Below are positions 53,410 through 63,216 of a stretch of DNA of 64,000 nt, in pieces. The stretch covers positions 39,243 through 103,242 of the forward strand of contig JACPMB010000012.1 in assembly GCA_016186175.1 (NCBI GenBank), in the 5' to 3' direction. Every line of letters starts with the position of its first letter. Within the stretch, counting starts at the first letter, position 1. Origin of the DNA: Candidatus Peregrinibacteria bacterium (GTDB lineage: Bacteria > Patescibacteriota > Gracilibacteria > Peribacterales > Peribacteraceae). The notes beneath the pieces are model-generated. The model was not told where the DNA came from and did not search any database. It was given only the letters and a program-made list of their open reading frames with translations. Both the position numbers and the translations under genes were made by a program.

Positions 53410-54378
53410 ATGGGCACACGGGTTCTCGTCACCGGTGGCGCGGGATTCCTCGGTTCGTTCGTCGTTTCTGCGCTGCAGGTGCGGGAGTGGTGCGGTGAGA
53501 TCGTCGTTCCACGCAGGAGTCGGCATGATTTGCGCGATGCCGAGGCGACCCGGCGGCTGTTCTCCGATGTGCGGCCGGAGATCGTCATCCATCTTGCCGC
53601 GCGTGTGGGGGGCATTGCGGCGAATGCGGCGCAACCGGCAGTATTCTGCGAGGAGAACGCATTGATGGGCATGAATGTGCTGCACGAATCCGTCCGGCAC
53701 GGGGTGGATAAAGTCGTGTGCGCCGGTTCGGTGTGCGCATATCCGGCGTCCGCGCCGGTTCCATTCCGGGAAGAGCATCTCTGGGATGGCTTTCCGGAAG
53801 CCACCAATGCTCCGTATGGTATCGCGAAGCGTTTCCTGCTCACTCTCTGCCAGGCGTATCGCCGTCAGTACGGCCTGCGCGCGGTCTGCCCCATTCCGAC
53901 CAATCTCTACGGACCGGGCGACCATTTCGATCAAGAGACATCCCACGTGATCCCCGCGCTCGTACGCAGATTCTGCGATGCCGCCGATCGCGGCGATCGC
54001 GTCGTGACCGCCTGGGGCGACGGCACTCCAACACGCGATTTTCTCTACGTCGAGGATGCGGCCGAAGCGATGGTGGAGATCGCCGAGCGGTACGACGCAC
54101 CGGAACCACTGAACCTCGGCGGCACGGGAGAGATCAGCATTCGTACTCTGGCCGAACGCATCGCAGAGAAGTCCGGGTTCGTGGGGGAGATCCGTTGGGA
54201 CAAGACCAAGTCCAACGGACAACTGCGCCGGTGCGTGGATTCATCGCGCGCGCGAGCCGCGATCGGCTTCGTTCCTATGCATACTCTCGCGGAAGGGCTA
54301 GAGAGTACCATCCAGTGGTACAGTTCCTTGCGTGCATCCGCCGTTCGGGCACCCGTCACTGGGGTGGTGTTGTCATGA
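53410..54378 (+). CDS. fcl: GDP-L-fucose synthase-like SDR (Fcl/WcaG family)
   Basis: VLVTGGAGFLGS, YGIAKR (YxxxK) and GDGTPTRDFLYVEDAAEAMV. Confidence 0.7.
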   Translation: MGTRVLVTGGAGFLGSFVVSALQVREWCGEIVVPRRSRHDLRDAEATRRLFSDVRPEIVIHLAARVGGIAANAAQPAVFCEENALMGMNVLHESVRHGVDKVVCAGSVCAYPASAPVPFREEHLWDGFPEATNAPYGIAKRFLLTLCQAYRRQYGLRAVCPIPTNLYGPGDHFDQETSHVIPALVRRFCDAADRGDRVVTAWGDGTPTRDFLYVEDAAEAMVEIAERYDAPEPLNLGGTGEISIRTLAERIAEKSGFVGEIRWDKTKSNGQLRRCVDSSRARAAIGFVPMHTLAEGLESTIQWYSSLRASAVRAPVTGVVLS

Positions 54379-55268
54379 TCCGCATCGCACACATCATCGC
54401 CACGTTCCGCGCCGAGCCGTCGTCCGTGATGGAGTTTGTCCAGAGCGTGACTGCCGAAACCATGCGGCGGGCGCGAGCGACGGCCGCGGGCATGGTAGAT
54501 GTCGCGTTGCTCACCGCGCAGTTTCCCGAGGATCGCGCCGCTACCCCGCAGGCATTTCATCCGACGACGGATCTTCTTCGCTCCGTGCTAAATCAACATG
54601 CATTCGCCGTACCACGTCGCCTGCCTCTCCTCTGCGATGTTCTCGACCGTATGACGGAAATCGATACCGACTACTGCATCTATACCAATGTGGATATCGC
54701 CCTCCAACCGCATTTCTACCTCGCCGTGCGTGGATACATCGAGCGGGGATTCGATGCATTTGTGATCAACCGACGATCCATTTACGGAAACTTCACGAGT
54801 GCGGAGGAGATTCCCCGCATGCAGGCGGAACGGGGTTCTCCACATCCGGGCTACGACTGCTTCGTCTTCCGTCGCGAGCATCTTACCCGCTTTGTGCCCG
54901 GTCGCGTCTGTCTCGGTATCGGTCATGTTGATCTACCGCTCGTATGCAGCATGATTGCCGCCGCCGATTGCTTCGGTGAATTTCGCGATGAACATCTTAC
55001 ATTCCATCTCGGAGATGACAGAGTCTGGCAAGGTCACTCCTACGCCGACTACCGCCGGTACAATGATCGTGAAGCGCTGATGGCGTTGCGGATGCTGGCA
55101 TTGCAGGAAGGAGTCGCAAACCAGTGCGGGTTCCTCTATCGATTGCTTCTCGCTCTGGGGCTGCCGTGGAACCGGCTCTGCGTTCGTGAATGGACGCGGC
55201 TCATGCGTGCATCGCGACCTCCAGGTGTCATCCGGGAATCTTCTTCCAAATCCACCATCCTACGATGA
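54375..55268 (+). CDS. Hypothetical protein, possible GT-A-like glycosyltransferase
   Basis: An ATGA overlap with fcl supports the start at 54375. YCIYTNVDIAL could be a DxD-type motif, but no firm family assignment is possible. Confidence 0.35.
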   Translation: MIRIAHIIATFRAEPSSVMEFVQSVTAETMRRARATAAGMVDVALLTAQFPEDRAATPQAFHPTTDLLRSVLNQHAFAVPRRLPLLCDVLDRMTEIDTDYCIYTNVDIALQPHFYLAVRGYIERGFDAFVINRRSIYGNFTSAEEIPRMQAERGSPHPGYDCFVFRREHLTRFVPGRVCLGIGHVDLPLVCSMIAAADCFGEFRDEHLTFHLGDDRVWQGHSYADYRRYNDREALMALRMLALQEGVANQCGFLYRLLLALGLPWNRLCVREWTRLMRASRPPGVIRESSSKSTILR

Positions 55269-56811
55269 TGAGGGTGAAGACGAAGATGCCGATACTCCAG
55301 AACGGTGACAGGCCCAAGGATCGTCCGAGATTCGGCGCCAGCGCGCCTGTCAATAGTCTTGGAAGATAGAAGTCCGCCAAGGGGTCCTTGATCCGTTCAG
55401 GCGGCATCACGCTGATCAGCGTGGCCATCGTAGTCATTCCAACTGACAACGCGCCGAGCGCGACGCCTGTCCGCGGCAGACGCCGCAAACCCGATCCGGC
55501 GAAGAAGCCGATGAGCGGCACTATCGGAGCAAGGTGGCGTGGTCCGAGCGCAGCTCCTCCGGTTGGGAGCAGGTGGGCGGTGATCACCGTAACGTGCGCG
55601 ACGATGACGGCGAGCAGGACGCGGCCAACGAATCGCGATCGTGCGAGGACTGCCGGAATCCCGGCGAACATGAGCAGCAGGAAAGGTGACCAGAAGAAGA
55701 GCCCTCGCATCGGACTGAAGAGCAGAAACGAGAGTACCGACGGAGATGGCAGGACGAACCCGAGCAGCGACGGCGGGGCGTTCTGCAAAGTAAAGACGGT
55801 ATACATATATCCGATGCTGAACGGCGAGCCGAATACCGCCGTGTTGTAGGCGAGAATCGCGCCAACCGGGATGGACATCCCCGCGGCCATGCAAATTGCC
55901 ACGCGGCGCCCGTCTTTCCATGCCAGAATCAGGAATCCTGCCGCGGCGATTGCCGCCGGATACTCGCTGATCGCGGCTAACCCGGCCAGCAATCCGGCAA
56001 GCAAATGCCGGCTGGAAATATTCTTCATTAACGAGGCGAATTTACCGGGCCGATGGACTCGTTTGCCCAATATCAAATATAATGCGCCGACGGAAAACAG
56101 AGAAATAATGAGCGTGGATAGCGCGGCGAGTCTGGTCGAATTCATAGGCGCGAAGAGCAGCAACGCGACGACGACTCCGGCAGTTCCAACTAGAGCGAGA
56201 TCCAGTCCGCACCGCAGAATATTGCGCGCCAATGCGTCGTGCGCGGGAGCGCGTTTAATCAGCATCCATAAACTCATGGTAAGCAGCCCCAGGGCGCCGG
56301 AATGAGAAAAAAGCGTCGTGGCGTAAGGGAATGGGGCTGCTCCAAGAAAAACGAAGACCGTCGCCATAAATGCCAGACGCCTGCTCATCCAATCGCAAAG
56401 AATGGAATAGAACGCCGCGCCGCCGGCAGCCGCCAGCATCCCCACCGAGCCGATTACTGTCATCCAGGACGCTAAAAACCATCCGGCGGAAGACTCGACG
56501 TTAATATGCAGAGCAGTCAGAACGGCAGAGGATGCGGCAAACGACGGGATCGCCAGAAAGAAGATGCCAGGCGCCTTGTCGCTGTAAAAGTGCCCGTTCA
56601 CAAACGCCTTGTCTCCCGTGTTTTTCGCATAAACGTCTATATTCATCTCGCGCCGGACGACGAGCGCGTGCAGCGCGTCCATGCGTGAATTATGGTTCCA
56701 CGCATCTATCTGGTGAATGTACGCATACGCGCAGAAGAGCAGAATGAAGATCGAAATGCAGGCGGCGCGTTGCGACATGCGTGTTCTGATGCCGGGCATG
56801 GAAAGCATCAT
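55228..56811 (-). CDS. Large polytopic membrane protein, GT-C-like glycosyltransferase or polymerase candidate
   Basis: More than 10 hydrophobic segments. The first loop reads NGHFYSDKAPGIFFL, reminiscent of GT-C loop motifs. Confidence 0.45.
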   Translation of the reverse strand: MMLSMPGIRTRMSQRAACISIFILLFCAYAYIHQIDAWNHNSRMDALHALVVRREMNIDVYAKNTGDKAFVNGHFYSDKAPGIFFLAIPSFAASSAVLTALHINVESSAGWFLASWMTVIGSVGMLAAAGGAAFYSILCDWMSRRLAFMATVFVFLGAAPFPYATTLFSHSGALGLLTMSLWMLIKRAPAHDALARNILRCGLDLALVGTAGVVVALLLFAPMNSTRLAALSTLIISLFSVGALYLILGKRVHRPGKFASLMKNISSRHLLAGLLAGLAAISEYPAAIAAAGFLILAWKDGRRVAICMAAGMSIPVGAILAYNTAVFGSPFSIGYMYTVFTLQNAPPSLLGFVLPSPSVLSFLLFSPMRGLFFWSPFLLLMFAGIPAVLARSRFVGRVLLAVIVAHVTVITAHLLPTGGAALGPRHLAPIVPLIGFFAGSGLRRLPRTGVALGALSVGMTTMATLISVMPPERIKDPLADFYLPRLLTGALAPNLGRSLGLSPFWSIGIFVFTLIIVGWWIWKKIPG

Positions 56812-56866
56812 TGCACCATCAGTCTGTCGTGTCGAACGCGGAGCGCCGGTCTGCTACTCTTGATTC

Positions 56867-57817
56867 ATGCGGATATTACTGACCGGTTGTGCGGGATTCA
56901 TCGGATTTCATACCGCGCAGGAACTCCTCAGGCGCGGGGACGAAGTCGTCGGGCTGGACAATGTCAGTTCGTACTACGATCCATCTCTCAAAGAGGCGCG
57001 CCTTGGGCAGCTCAATGGAGAAGGGAATTTCACGTTCGTCCGCGGCAACATTCTTGACCGGGAAACGGTGAAGAAATGCATGAGGGGATGCGACCGGGTC
57101 TGCCATCTCGCCGCGCTCGCTGGCGTGCGATATTCATTCGAGCATCCGGAGGAGTATGTAAGCACAAACATCAACGGATTTTTCGGGATGATTGACGAAG
57201 CGCGCCTCCAGAAGATCGGAGGCTTCGTGTACGCATCCAGTTCGTCCGTCTACGGCGGCAACGCCGCCGGTCATCCGGCAAAAGAGAGCGACAGGACGGA
57301 CAACCAGGTTTCGCTCTACGGCATGACCAAAAAAGACAACGAATTGATGGCCCATGTTTTCCATAATCTCTACGGCATTCCGGTCACCGGCTTGCGGTTC
57401 TTCACAGTCTACGGCCCGTTTGGGCGGCCGGACATGGCTTTGTTTCTCTTCACGGACGCGATTCTTCGCGGCCGGCCGATTCGGATATTCGGCGAAGGCA
57501 AGATGCAGCGGGATTTCACGTACATTGACGACATCGTCTCCGGCATCGTCGCGTCCGTTGACAAAAATTATCCGGAAGAAATTTTCAATCTCGGGTGCGG
57601 GCGCAAAGAAGAACTTATGGAATACGTTGCGACGGTCGAAAAAGCGTGCGGCAGAGAGGCAAAAAAAGAATTTCTCCCGATGCAGCCCGGGGACGTGCGC
57701 GTAACTTCGGCGGATATATCTCATGCGAAGGAGAAATTGGGATTCAGTCCAAAGACGATGATCCGTGACGGCGTGCCGAAATTCGTCAAATGGTATCGGG
57801 AGTATTACGATCTATAG
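56867..57817 (+). CDS. NAD-dependent epimerase, UDP-glucuronate 4-epimerase-like
   Basis: MRILLTGCAGFIGFH...VSSYYDPSLKEARL and YGMTKKDNE (YxxxK). Confidence 0.7.
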   Translation: MRILLTGCAGFIGFHTAQELLRRGDEVVGLDNVSSYYDPSLKEARLGQLNGEGNFTFVRGNILDRETVKKCMRGCDRVCHLAALAGVRYSFEHPEEYVSTNINGFFGMIDEARLQKIGGFVYASSSSVYGGNAAGHPAKESDRTDNQVSLYGMTKKDNELMAHVFHNLYGIPVTGLRFFTVYGPFGRPDMALFLFTDAILRGRPIRIFGEGKMQRDFTYIDDIVSGIVASVDKNYPEEIFNLGCGRKEELMEYVATVEKACGREAKKEFLPMQPGDVRVTSADISHAKEKLGFSPKTMIRDGVPKFVKWYREYYDL

Positions 57818-59042
57818 ACCGTTTCCGCACCCACGTCTCCACCGGCGTACCGGGAAGCCTCTTCCACCCGCTTGTATCGAACATCGGTTCGCACGGGTTA
57901 AGGCAGACGACAGCCGCAGCGTCTTTGGCGAATTCACTGCGGTACCGGCGGATTACATTCCGCGATTCGTATTGCCATTCGTGTCCGAACGGGCCGGAAA
58001 TCAGAACCTCCCCGGATTCGGGCGCCAAGCCCGATATGGCCAGCATCGTCTCCCTTGCCGGCCCGGGCGTCCTTGACGGCTGGACGAACCATACGATCAG
58101 GCCGCATGCGAAAATCATGCAGACGGACAAAGGAAAGGCGCCGGGATGTCGTCGATGGTGAAAAATCTTCCACAGTCCGCCGACGAAGAAAGGAGCAAAA
58201 AGAATCGAGTAATACCACGGCGTGATCGAGAAAAGAACGAACGCGAAAACAAGAAGCGAGGAAAAAAGCAGCGGCCAGTCCCTTTTTACGGCGATTATCC
58301 CCCACGTGCCGGCAACACTGGCGACTCCGGATCCGCCGACCAGCCAGAGCCTGATAAATCCTGCGCTTTTCGCGGCGATCCCGGTCCCCAATCCTTCGTT
58401 GCGGTGCACAAGCATTATCGCAAGCGCGAGAGGATTGGTCATCGTGTACAACGCGAGGAGCACGGCAGGTCCGGCGAGATATGCAGCCATCTCCTTCCAT
58501 GAGCACCCTGATCTGCGAAGAGCGTCCCACGCAATGGGAAACAGCAACGCGCCCGGGTACGACGTGAAGAGAGTCGCCGTCCACAACAATCCGATCAGTG
58601 CGGGCCGCCTGCGAATCGCGGAAGCAAGACCGGTATCCGCCTCCAATGGCGTCCGCAGCCACAGAAAGGCCAGGGTCTGCACAGCCATGATTTGCGCCAT
58701 CGTGATCGCGCCAGCCTGGGTAAGCGCGGCGGAGGAAAGCAGCCATCCCGCGCAGACCATGATCCTGTCCTCCGCCAGATGGAACTTTCGGGTCATATCC
58801 CACACGATCCAAACTGCCTGCACGACGAGCGTAGAAAGCAACAAACGCCAGAACATTTCCTGAAACGGAAAAGCTTCGGTCAAAGAGAATATCCACCGCG
58901 CGAGCGGAGGATGAGGATATGGGATGTTCAACAAATACTTCGCCTCGTCAGTGCGGATGCCGCCGAGCGCCTGCCAGTTCGCCAGCGCGACCGCCAGTAG
59001 TTCCAAAGAGCCGGCTATCGTCCATTCCTTCCTTATTCGCAT
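57786..59042 (-). CDS. GT-C fold membrane glycosyltransferase (ArnT/PMT-like)
   Basis: The first loop reads IRTDEAKYLLNIPYPHPPL (DE...Y...PPL), and the protein is polytopic. Confidence 0.55.
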   Translation of the reverse strand: MRIRKEWTIAGSLELLAVALANWQALGGIRTDEAKYLLNIPYPHPPLARWIFSLTEAFPFQEMFWRLLLSTLVVQAVWIVWDMTRKFHLAEDRIMVCAGWLLSSAALTQAGAITMAQIMAVQTLAFLWLRTPLEADTGLASAIRRRPALIGLLWTATLFTSYPGALLFPIAWDALRRSGCSWKEMAAYLAGPAVLLALYTMTNPLALAIMLVHRNEGLGTGIAAKSAGFIRLWLVGGSGVASVAGTWGIIAVKRDWPLLFSSLLVFAFVLFSITPWYYSILFAPFFVGGLWKIFHHRRHPGAFPLSVCMIFACGLIVWFVQPSRTPGPARETMLAISGLAPESGEVLISGPFGHEWQYESRNVIRRYRSEFAKDAAAVVCLNPCEPMFDTSGWKRLPGTPVETWVRKRSIDRNTPDTI

Positions 59043-59332
59043 GTACGGATGGAGAAATCTGCAAGCGCTATCAGGCGGCAGGATTCGGGATCGGTCCCGC
59101 GAACGTGCCTCCGAAGCGTAAGGCGCACGTCATGAGGAGTTACTTCATTAACGAGCATGTCGGAAAGCAGCCATCCCTCGCGTCCAGCGACAGCCGTCAC
59201 AGCCGCCTTTGCCGCGTCGCGGGCGTTGGAGTCCCAAAACAGCGGCAGAAGATTCCAGGCTTGCCGGCAAAAGACGGCTCCCGTAACCAGGAGAACCATC
59301 AGAAAAAGCCGAGACTGGAGACGACGGCGCAT
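59033..59332 (-). CDS. Small single-pass membrane protein
   Basis: It is tightly packed between the GT2-GtrA gene stop (59334) and the GT-C gene start (59042), with an N-terminal TM segment LFLMVLLVTGAVF. Confidence 0.4.
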   Translation of the reverse strand: MRRRLQSRLFLMVLLVTGAVFCRQAWNLLPLFWDSNARDAAKAAVTAVAGREGWLLSDMLVNEVTPHDVRLTLRRHVRGTDPESCRLIALADFSIRTCE

Positions 59333-59333
59333 G

Positions 59334-60419
59334 CTATGCGTTCCATGTGAACAATTTTCCGATCGTGTAGTTCCATATCATTCCCACGAATGCGCCGATC
59401 GCGATGCTTCCAATTGCGCTCATGCCGCCGCGAAACAAGAATGCCGTCACGGCGATGTTTGCAAGCGCTCCGAACGCGCAGACCACGTTGTATTTGGCAA
59501 AGCCGGTCACGGCGCCCCATCCGCGCAATCTGGCGCGCGAGAACGTCCACGCGTTGTTCAGCAGAAAGTTGAACAGGATGGCGGCTTCTATGCCGGAAAT
59601 GAGTGGAGTCGGAAAAAGCCCGTACTGCGACGATTCTCGGAGAAGCAGCGTGGACGCCATGTATGCCGACAGGTTTACCGCGACTCCGAGAGCGCCGACC
59701 ACGCAGTATTTTATCAGCGTCAGCGGGATAAAGCGGCCGACTGTGGCGTCGTACAGGAACTCCAGATACTGCATACGCACCTGTGCCGAGAATTTGCTCT
59801 CGCCAAGCAGGCGTTTACCGAACGAGAACGGCAATTCCTTCACGTTTGTGCCGGCTGGAACATGAACCAGCAGATCGAGCAGGATTTTGAATCCTTTTGG
59901 GTTCAATCGCGGCAGGACCTCTTCAAATGTCCCGCGCGAGATCGCGAAAAACCCGCTCATCGGGTCCGTCACCTTGACCTTGCAAAGCCAGATTGCGAGC
60001 GAGCCGCCCAGGCGGCTGACGAATGCGCGGAAACCTTCCCAATTTCCAACGCTTCCGCCCTCCATGTATCTGGATCCCACAGCTATTCCTTTATTCTCTT
60101 CGGCTGCCGCCGCGATCCGGGGCAGTAACGCCGCATCGTGCTGGCCGTCGGCGTCCATCACGACGAACACATCGCCCTTCGCGGCAAGGAATCCTTCAAT
60201 AACGGCCGACGAAAGCCCGCGACGGCCGACGCGGCGGGTGACGTGAAGCTGTTCGTGTCTCCTCGAAAGTTCTCTGGCGACTTCCCATGTTCGATCCGGC
60301 GAATCGTCGTCCACAACTATGATTTCATATTCCACTCCGCGCAAAATCTCCGTGATCCGCGGAATAAGCGCCGGCAGGCTTTCACGCTCATTGTAAGTGG
60401 GAAGTATCAGGGAAAGCAT
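59334..60419 (-). CDS. Polyprenyl-phosphate glycosyltransferase (GT2, DPM1/GtrB/ArnC-like) fused to a C-terminal GtrA-like domain
   Basis: LSLILPTYNERESL, IIVVDDDSPDRT and VVMDADGQHD (DxD). The C-terminal 4-TM domain shows IKYCVVGALGVAVN...NFLLNNAWTF. I start it at ATG 60419. Confidence 0.75.
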   Translation of the reverse strand: MLSLILPTYNERESLPALIPRITEILRGVEYEIIVVDDDSPDRTWEVARELSRRHEQLHVTRRVGRRGLSSAVIEGFLAAKGDVFVVMDADGQHDAALLPRIAAAAEENKGIAVGSRYMEGGSVGNWEGFRAFVSRLGGSLAIWLCKVKVTDPMSGFFAISRGTFEEVLPRLNPKGFKILLDLLVHVPAGTNVKELPFSFGKRLLGESKFSAQVRMQYLEFLYDATVGRFIPLTLIKYCVVGALGVAVNLSAYMASTLLLRESSQYGLFPTPLISGIEAAILFNFLLNNAWTFSRARLRGWGAVTGFAKYNVVCAFGALANIAVTAFLFRGGMSAIGSIAIGAFVGMIWNYTIGKLFTWNA

Positions 60420-60535
60420 CGGATTACAGTTTATCTGAGATGATTTTCGACAACCATGCGTATTTGGCGTCCGGAGTCCTTCTGCGATACGCTGCGGAGC
60501 GTTAGCATCACAGTCATCTTTCAACTTCCCAGCTC

Positions 60536-61450
60536 ATGAAAAAAATTCTGGTGACCGGCTCCTCCGGCATGATCGGCACTGGTTTGTGCGAAACGCTGCT
60601 GCAGCGTTCTTACGACGTTTCAGGAGTGGACTGGGTCCGCAACAAATGGCAGCCGGCCGTGGACGCCGTAACCGCGCTCACGGACCTGCGCGACTGGGAC
60701 GCGGTCGGCAAAATGAATTTTCCCGACGTGGACGTTATCGTACATCTTGCCGCGAACGCGCGAGTATACGAACTGGTCGAGGATCCCGCGCGGGCCCGCG
60801 ATAACATGATCACCACGTTCAACGTGCTCGAGTTCGCTCGGAAAAACGGGATAAAAAAAATCCTGTTCGCTTCCTCACGCGAATGTTACGGCAATCTCTC
60901 CGTCCGAAGGTTCAAGGAGGAATTCGCGCGTATAGAAAATTGCGAAAGCCCTTACACGGCAAGCAAGATCGCCGGCGAGGCGCTGGTCGAGTCGTACACG
61001 CGGTGTTACGGAATCGCCCACGTCATACTGCGATTCAGCAATGTCTACGGCATGTACGACGACAGCAATCGCGTGTTTCCGCTGTTCATCAGGAAAATGC
61101 GCGCGAACGAGCCAGTCACGGTTTTCGGCGCGGACAAATGCCTGGATTTCACCTACATAGGCGACGCCGTCGAGGGCATAATCGCGGCGGCGCTTAACTT
61201 CGACGCCGTCAAAAACCGCACGTTCAACATAGCGTACGGGCAGGGCACCAACCTGGTTGACCTGGCGAAAATGCTCAAGAGGCTGCTGAAAAGCAAATCC
61301 GATGTATCGGTCTGCGAACCTCGAGTCGGCGAAGTGATACGTTATGTGGCGGACATAGGAAAGGCGAAAGAGGCGCTGGCGTACGAACCGAAAATTTCGC
61401 TGCGCGACGGCATTCAGAAAGCGGCGGAGTGGTATATGAGGAATGCGTGA
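60536..61450 (+). CDS. NAD-dependent sugar epimerase/dehydratase (SDR)
   Basis: KILVTGSSGMIGTGL and YTASKIAGE (YxxxK). Confidence 0.7.
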   Translation: MKKILVTGSSGMIGTGLCETLLQRSYDVSGVDWVRNKWQPAVDAVTALTDLRDWDAVGKMNFPDVDVIVHLAANARVYELVEDPARARDNMITTFNVLEFARKNGIKKILFASSRECYGNLSVRRFKEEFARIENCESPYTASKIAGEALVESYTRCYGIAHVILRFSNVYGMYDDSNRVFPLFIRKMRANEPVTVFGADKCLDFTYIGDAVEGIIAAALNFDAVKNRTFNIAYGQGTNLVDLAKMLKRLLKSKSDVSVCEPRVGEVIRYVADIGKAKEALAYEPKISLRDGIQKAAEWYMRNA

Positions 61451-61459
61451 CGGCGCCGG

Positions 61460-63160
61460 TCATTCGTGATAATCCATGTTCAAATTCACGTTCCATAAAT
61501 TCGACCTGTCAGTCAGTCCCGCAGCGATGGAATCAACCGCTATCATGGAGGCAAGCATGCTGTGATCCTGGTTGTTGTACCGGTGCATTCCGTTGCGGCC
61601 GACGAGATAGATGTTCGGAATTTTTTCGACGTAGTCGCGGACGACGCGCAGCTGCCCGTAACTGCCCCAGTAGGCGGGATACGCCTTGGGCATGCGCAGG
61701 ACGCACGCATCCAGAACGTCGTCTTTTTTCAAAAATCCGATCTGCTCCATCTCCCGGATTCCCAAGGCGATCAAGTCCCGATCGGGCCTTATCCACAGGT
61801 CGCCGCCTTCGTTGACGAAGTACTCCAAGCCGATCCAGACGGTATTCCTCCAGTCCGCGACCATGTACGGGCTCCAGTTGTTGAATATCTGCACTCGGCC
61901 GACGCGCACGTCGCCGTCCTGGATGTAAATCCAGTTATCCGGCACTCGGTCCTGGGGCGGTTTGCCGTGTTCCAGCACATGAAGGTTTTTCAATAAAAGT
62001 CCGACGGTTAAAAAATCCCTGTACTGCAATCCCTCCGCGACTTCCACCACGGACGTCGGCGCCCTCGGCGTCATCATCCCGATCAAATGCTTGATCGGCA
62101 TGGTTGAGATGAACACATCGCAGAAAATTTCTTCGCGAGTTCCGGTTTCCACGTTCTCAACAGTAACGGACGCCACATTTCCGACGGTCAGCTCCGGGTC
62201 GGCTGAAGCGGAAAGGTGCACGCCGGAGACGCGCGCTTTCATACGGATATCGCCTCCGCAGGATTGAATCTGCCTTGCGACGGTTTCCCACATCTGCCCA
62301 GGCCCGAATTTGGGATAAAAGAAGCGCGTGATCAGCGATGTTTCCCTTTCCTGTTGCGCTTTTGCAAAGTCGCTGCTCAGCAGGTCCTTGATCGCGTGCG
62401 ACACGGCGCGTTTCAACGAGAGCCCCCTGATGCGCTGCGCGCCCCAGTCGGCGCGTATCTGGCTGCAAGGGATGCCCCATACTTTCTCGGTGTATTTCTC
62501 GAAGAAAGTTTTGTACAGCCGCCGTCCGAACCGGTTGACAAAAAATGCATCGAGATAAGCTTCGTCCTTGAGGGGAAATGCCTGCGCTTTGATGTAGCTG
62601 AGGCCGATCAGAACCATGTTCCAAAATCCGAGATGCCGCGCAACTGTCAGCGTGATGCCGATCGGGTAAGGGAAGAAGTGCTTGCGGTAAAATATGCGGC
62701 TTAAACGAGGACGTTGGAGCATGACGGAGTCCTCGCGTTCGGGGTCGGGGGCAGGTCTCTTGACGGTTTCCGCGCCCTTTGCTGCTCCCGCCTCTGATTC
62801 CCCTCCCGTCACTTCACTTCGCGCAGAATGTGGGAGAGTGTGGACGCACTCCGGGCAGAGATATTTAATGATCACTTCTGTCGCATAGCTACCCTCCTTT
62901 TCCGCCGTATCAGCCGCGGGCGCGCCTTGTTGTGGGAGGATGTTGAACCACCAGTTCATGACGCGGTCGCTCTTGCTGAAGAATCGGTGCCCGCCGATAT
63001 CAATGCGATTGCCTTTGTAATTGTAAGTCTGCGCGATGCCGCCGATGGTGCTCGTTTCCTCGCACACGATCGGTGTAACGTCCGTTCGGGCGAGCAGCTC
63101 GTAGGCGGCGGTCAGCCCGGCAGGGCCGGCCCCGGCGATGACAGCGATTTTGCGGGACAT
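61460..63160 (-). CDS. FAD/NAD(P)-binding oxidoreductase (amine oxidase / UDP-galactopyranose mutase-like fold) with internal insertion
   Basis: N-terminal dinucleotide motif [19 protein letters not shown] and IGGHRFF. Confidence 0.6.
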   Translation of the reverse strand: MSRKIAVIAGAGPAGLTAAYELLARTDVTPIVCEETSTIGGIAQTYNYKGNRIDIGGHRFFSKSDRVMNWWFNILPQQGAPAADTAEKEGSYATEVIIKYLCPECVHTLPHSARSEVTGGESEAGAAKGAETVKRPAPDPEREDSVMLQRPRLSRIFYRKHFFPYPIGITLTVARHLGFWNMVLIGLSYIKAQAFPLKDEAYLDAFFVNRFGRRLYKTFFEKYTEKVWGIPCSQIRADWGAQRIRGLSLKRAVSHAIKDLLSSDFAKAQQERETSLITRFFYPKFGPGQMWETVARQIQSCGGDIRMKARVSGVHLSASADPELTVGNVASVTVENVETGTREEIFCDVFISTMPIKHLIGMMTPRAPTSVVEVAEGLQYRDFLTVGLLLKNLHVLEHGKPPQDRVPDNWIYIQDGDVRVGRVQIFNNWSPYMVADWRNTVWIGLEYFVNEGGDLWIRPDRDLIALGIREMEQIGFLKKDDVLDACVLRMPKAYPAYWGSYGQLRVVRDYVEKIPNIYLVGRNGMHRYNNQDHSMLASMIAVDSIAAGLTDRSNLWNVNLNMDYHE

Positions 63161-63216
63161 AAGACGAAAAATGAAAGACGGCGGTTTATCGGGTCTTCAA
63201 TCTTCTGCATTGCATC

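Noticed and set aside
53718-55268. A 516-aa ORF spanning the fcl region and the next gene.
   Set aside because: The first ~219 codons overlap fcl in another frame and translate to low-complexity Arg-rich sequence. An ATG at 54375 forms an ATGA overlap with the fcl stop and gives a sensible N-terminus.
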